A stretch of 64,000 bases of DNA, from the NCBI GenBank assembly GCA_002633005.1, contig NMRA01000338.1:342775-406774 (forward strand), written 5' to 3'. The notes under the pieces are model-generated. The model was not told the DNA's origin, searched no databases, and saw only the letters and a program-made list of their open reading frames with translations. This DNA is from Phoronis australis (taxonomy: Eukaryota; Animalia; Phoronida). Below, piece after piece: positions 63,533 through 64,000 of this stretch. A program made the position numbers and the translations under genes. Position 1 is the first letter of the stretch; every line of letters begins with the position of its first letter.

Positions 63533-64000
63533 GTGAGGATAACAGTGGCAAACAATATATAGTTGGCTTAATTTGCTCATTGTGAAAAACCTAGAATATC
63601 TCGATAAAAGAAATGAAAGCTAGTTTGTGAGTCACACTGTTAGTTTAGCAACATTCTTGAAGTAAAAATTAATAATTCTTCTTCTCGTTCAGAAAATAAA
63701 TGACTCACGGAAGCAGTAAGTTATTGAATGGAAAACCTGTATCTAATGAAAACATAGTAATGGCTTCAGAACCATGTAAAAGTCATAAATTTGGATTATA
63801 AAGAGATGAACTAGAGTATACTGTTGTGTCCCCCAATGGCAATTTATTTCTCTGGTACTTATTCAGCGCTGATTTTCATATGGCTTCTGAAGGCTTTCTG
63901 TTGTCGTGGGGGGTTGACACCAATGGACTATAAGAGTATTCCAACTCATTTTACTTCTAGCGCAGTCTTTATTCGATATTTTGCTTTGCTTGCCAGATTG

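Overview
Repeat-rich, AT-rich animal genomic DNA with spliceosomal introns. It is probably a marine invertebrate; this is inferred from the repeat types and the taxon cannot be determined. The only securely identifiable host gene is cystathionine gamma-lyase (CTH), coding exons 1-4 on + (53151-63532), which continues past the window. Upstream lie four + strand ORFs that each fit in a single coding exon. One is an MS4A/CD20-like 4-TM protein (47342-48049). Two are tandem acidic, disorder-type proteins (29129-30823, 33100-33750) sharing a conserved ~32-aa C-terminal coiled-coil motif that I cannot assign to a family. The fourth is a 77-aa ORF (14537-14770) that may be a stand-alone, diverged version of that coil. 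This cluster is the best candidate for an undescribed system. The rest is transposon debris: Tx1/L1 and CR1/L2-type LINE pieces, a tRNA-derived SINE pair with TSDs, many MITEs and foldbacks, a THAP-domain relic, Penelope-like fragments with hammerhead-ribozyme-like cores, and micro/minisatellites. All calls are by eye and repeat boundaries are approximate unless a TSD is given.
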